The translations under genes were made by a program, and so were the position numbers. Of a DNA stretch of 64,000 bases, positions 62,246-64,000 are shown piece by piece. The DNA is from Pristiophorus japonicus (taxonomy: Eukaryota). Each line of letters begins with the position of its first letter. Positions within the stretch are counted from its first letter, which is position 1. The stretch covers positions 148,304,001 to 148,368,000 of the forward strand of contig NC_091984.1 of the NCBI RefSeq assembly GCF_044704955.1, written 5' to 3'. Below the pieces are notes generated by a model. It saw only the letters and a program-made list of their open reading frames with translations. It was not told the origin of the DNA and searched no databases.

Positions 62246-64000
62246 ATTTGTTTGGTCTCAAGTTTGAGTTAGAAACTGACCATAAGCTACTCATATTGCT
62301 ATTCTCAGAGAGCAAAGAGATTAATACCAATGCCTCTGCCCGCATCCAAAGATGGGCGCTCACGCTGTCTGCATATAACTATGTAATCCGCCATAGACCA
62401 GGCACAGAGAACTGCGCTGATGCTCTCAGTCGGCTACCAGGGTGGAAATGGCACAGCCTGCAGACTTGCTCTTGGCGATGGATGCATTTGAAAATGAAAT
62501 GTCACCCATTACGGCCCGCCAGATCAGGACCTGGACCAGCCAGGATTCTTTACTGTCCCTTGTAAAAAACTGTGTCCTCCATGGGAGCTGGCCCAGTGTC
62601 CCAGCGGAGATGCATGAAGCGATCAAGCCGTTCCAGCGGTGCAAATACGAAATGTCCATACAGGCGGACTGTCTTTTGTGAGGCAATCATGTAGTTTTGC
62701 CTAAGAAAGGCAGAGAAACGTTCATACGCGACCTACACATTACCCAGTCAAGAATAGTAATGATGAAAGCTATAGCCAGATCCTATGTGTGGTGGCCTGG
62801 CATCGACTCAGATTTGGAATCCTGCATGCGCCAATGCAACACTTGCTCTCAACTGAACAATGCACCTAGAGAGTCACCGCTAAGTTTGTGGTCATGGCCC
62901 TCCAAACTGTGGTCTAGGATCCAGATTGACTTTGCGAGTCCATTTCTCGGCAAAATGTTTTTGGTTGTTGTGGATGTTTATTCAAAATGGATTGAGTGTG
63001 TAATAATATCTGTAAGCACGTCCACTGCCACCATCAAAAGCCTACGAGCCATGTTCGCCCCACACGGCCTGCCTGATGTCCTTGTCAGCGACGATGGGCC
63101 GCAATGGGATCAAGCACATCACATCTGCCCCATTCAAGCCTGAATCCAATGACCAGGCAGAACGGGCAGTCCAACCCATCAAGCAAAATTTTAAACATGT
63201 GTCGGAAGGCTCCCTGCAGACCCGCCTGTCCCGAGTCCTGCTCAGCTACCGCACCAGACTCCACTCGCTCACTGGGGTTCCCCCAGCTGAGCTGCTCATT
63301 AAAAGGGCGCTCAAAACAAGGCTCACTCTTGTCCACCCTGATCTCCATGATCACGTCGAGGGCAGTCGACATCAAGAAAGCATGTACCATGATCGCGCAA
63401 ACTTGTCATGCGATATTGAGGTAAATGACCATGTATTTGTGCTCAACTATGGACATGGTCCCAAATGGCTTTCTGGCACCGTCATAGCCAAAGAAGGGAG
63501 TAGGGTGTTTCAGGTCAATCTGGCTAATGGACTAACTTGCAGAAAGCATTTGGACTCAACTAAACTGCAATTCACAAACAGCCACGAGCAACCCGAAGAG
63601 GACATCACCAACTTTCACCCTCCAACAGACACGAAAGTGGCAACAGACATCACGGTCGACCACAAAGCTGAACTCACCATCCCCAGCAGTCCGGCAAGGC
63701 CAGCTGCCCAGCGAAGAATCAATCAACTCACCCAAACCTGCATTTGTACTGAGATGATCGACAAGGGAGCGAAAAGCCCCAGATCGTCTCACCCTGTAAA
63801 TAAGTGTACTATTGACTTTGGGAGGGAGTGATGTTATGTATGTAACCCTTGGCAACCTGTATCATACCACCACCAGAGGGCCTACCTGTTGGAGTCCCAA
63901 GGGACCCCAGCATCCCTTGGGAGCACTGTATGTAAGCAGGCCTCCCACGCTGTACCGACACTCTGGAGTTTAATTAAAGGAGCTAAGGTCGCACTTACTC
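62246..64000 (+). mobile_element. Gypsy 3' portion: RNase H end, integrase, PPT and 3' LTR (from 63832, runs off the window)
   Basis: ETDHK, RIQRWAL, NCADALSRLP, ARSYVWWPGID, VDVYSKW, VSDDGP, QAERAVQ; gggagggagtga then TGTTATG. Confidence 0.92.

Overview
Eukaryotic genomic DNA, almost certainly from a cartilaginous fish (shark). Evidence: cluster-type Ig organisation, SacSINE1-like DeuSINEs and shark-type CR1/L2/RTE/Penelope repeats. The first ~7.3 kb hold one complete, unrearranged immunoglobulin kappa (NS4/type III) light-chain cluster on the + strand: promoter, leader exon, V exon, 12-RSS, 23-RSS, J, C exon and polyA signal, all open and in phase. The remaining ~57 kb contain no further recognisable host gene. 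They are nested transposable elements (CR1, L2, RTE, Tx1, Penelope, Harbinger, three Gypsy elements) and several minisatellites, including a 5-kb G-quadruplex-type array. The most unusual item is a ~9.7-kb retrovirus-like provirus on the - strand (35594-45327). It has a spuma/loki-like RT, two RNase H domains, a UGA-CUAG gag-pol junction, a tRNA-Arg PBS, 1.4-1.5-kb LTRs and no env, and its YVDD motif is split by a solo LTR of its own family. Family assignments come from motif recognition without database searches, and repeat boundaries are approximate unless termini or TSDs are quoted.
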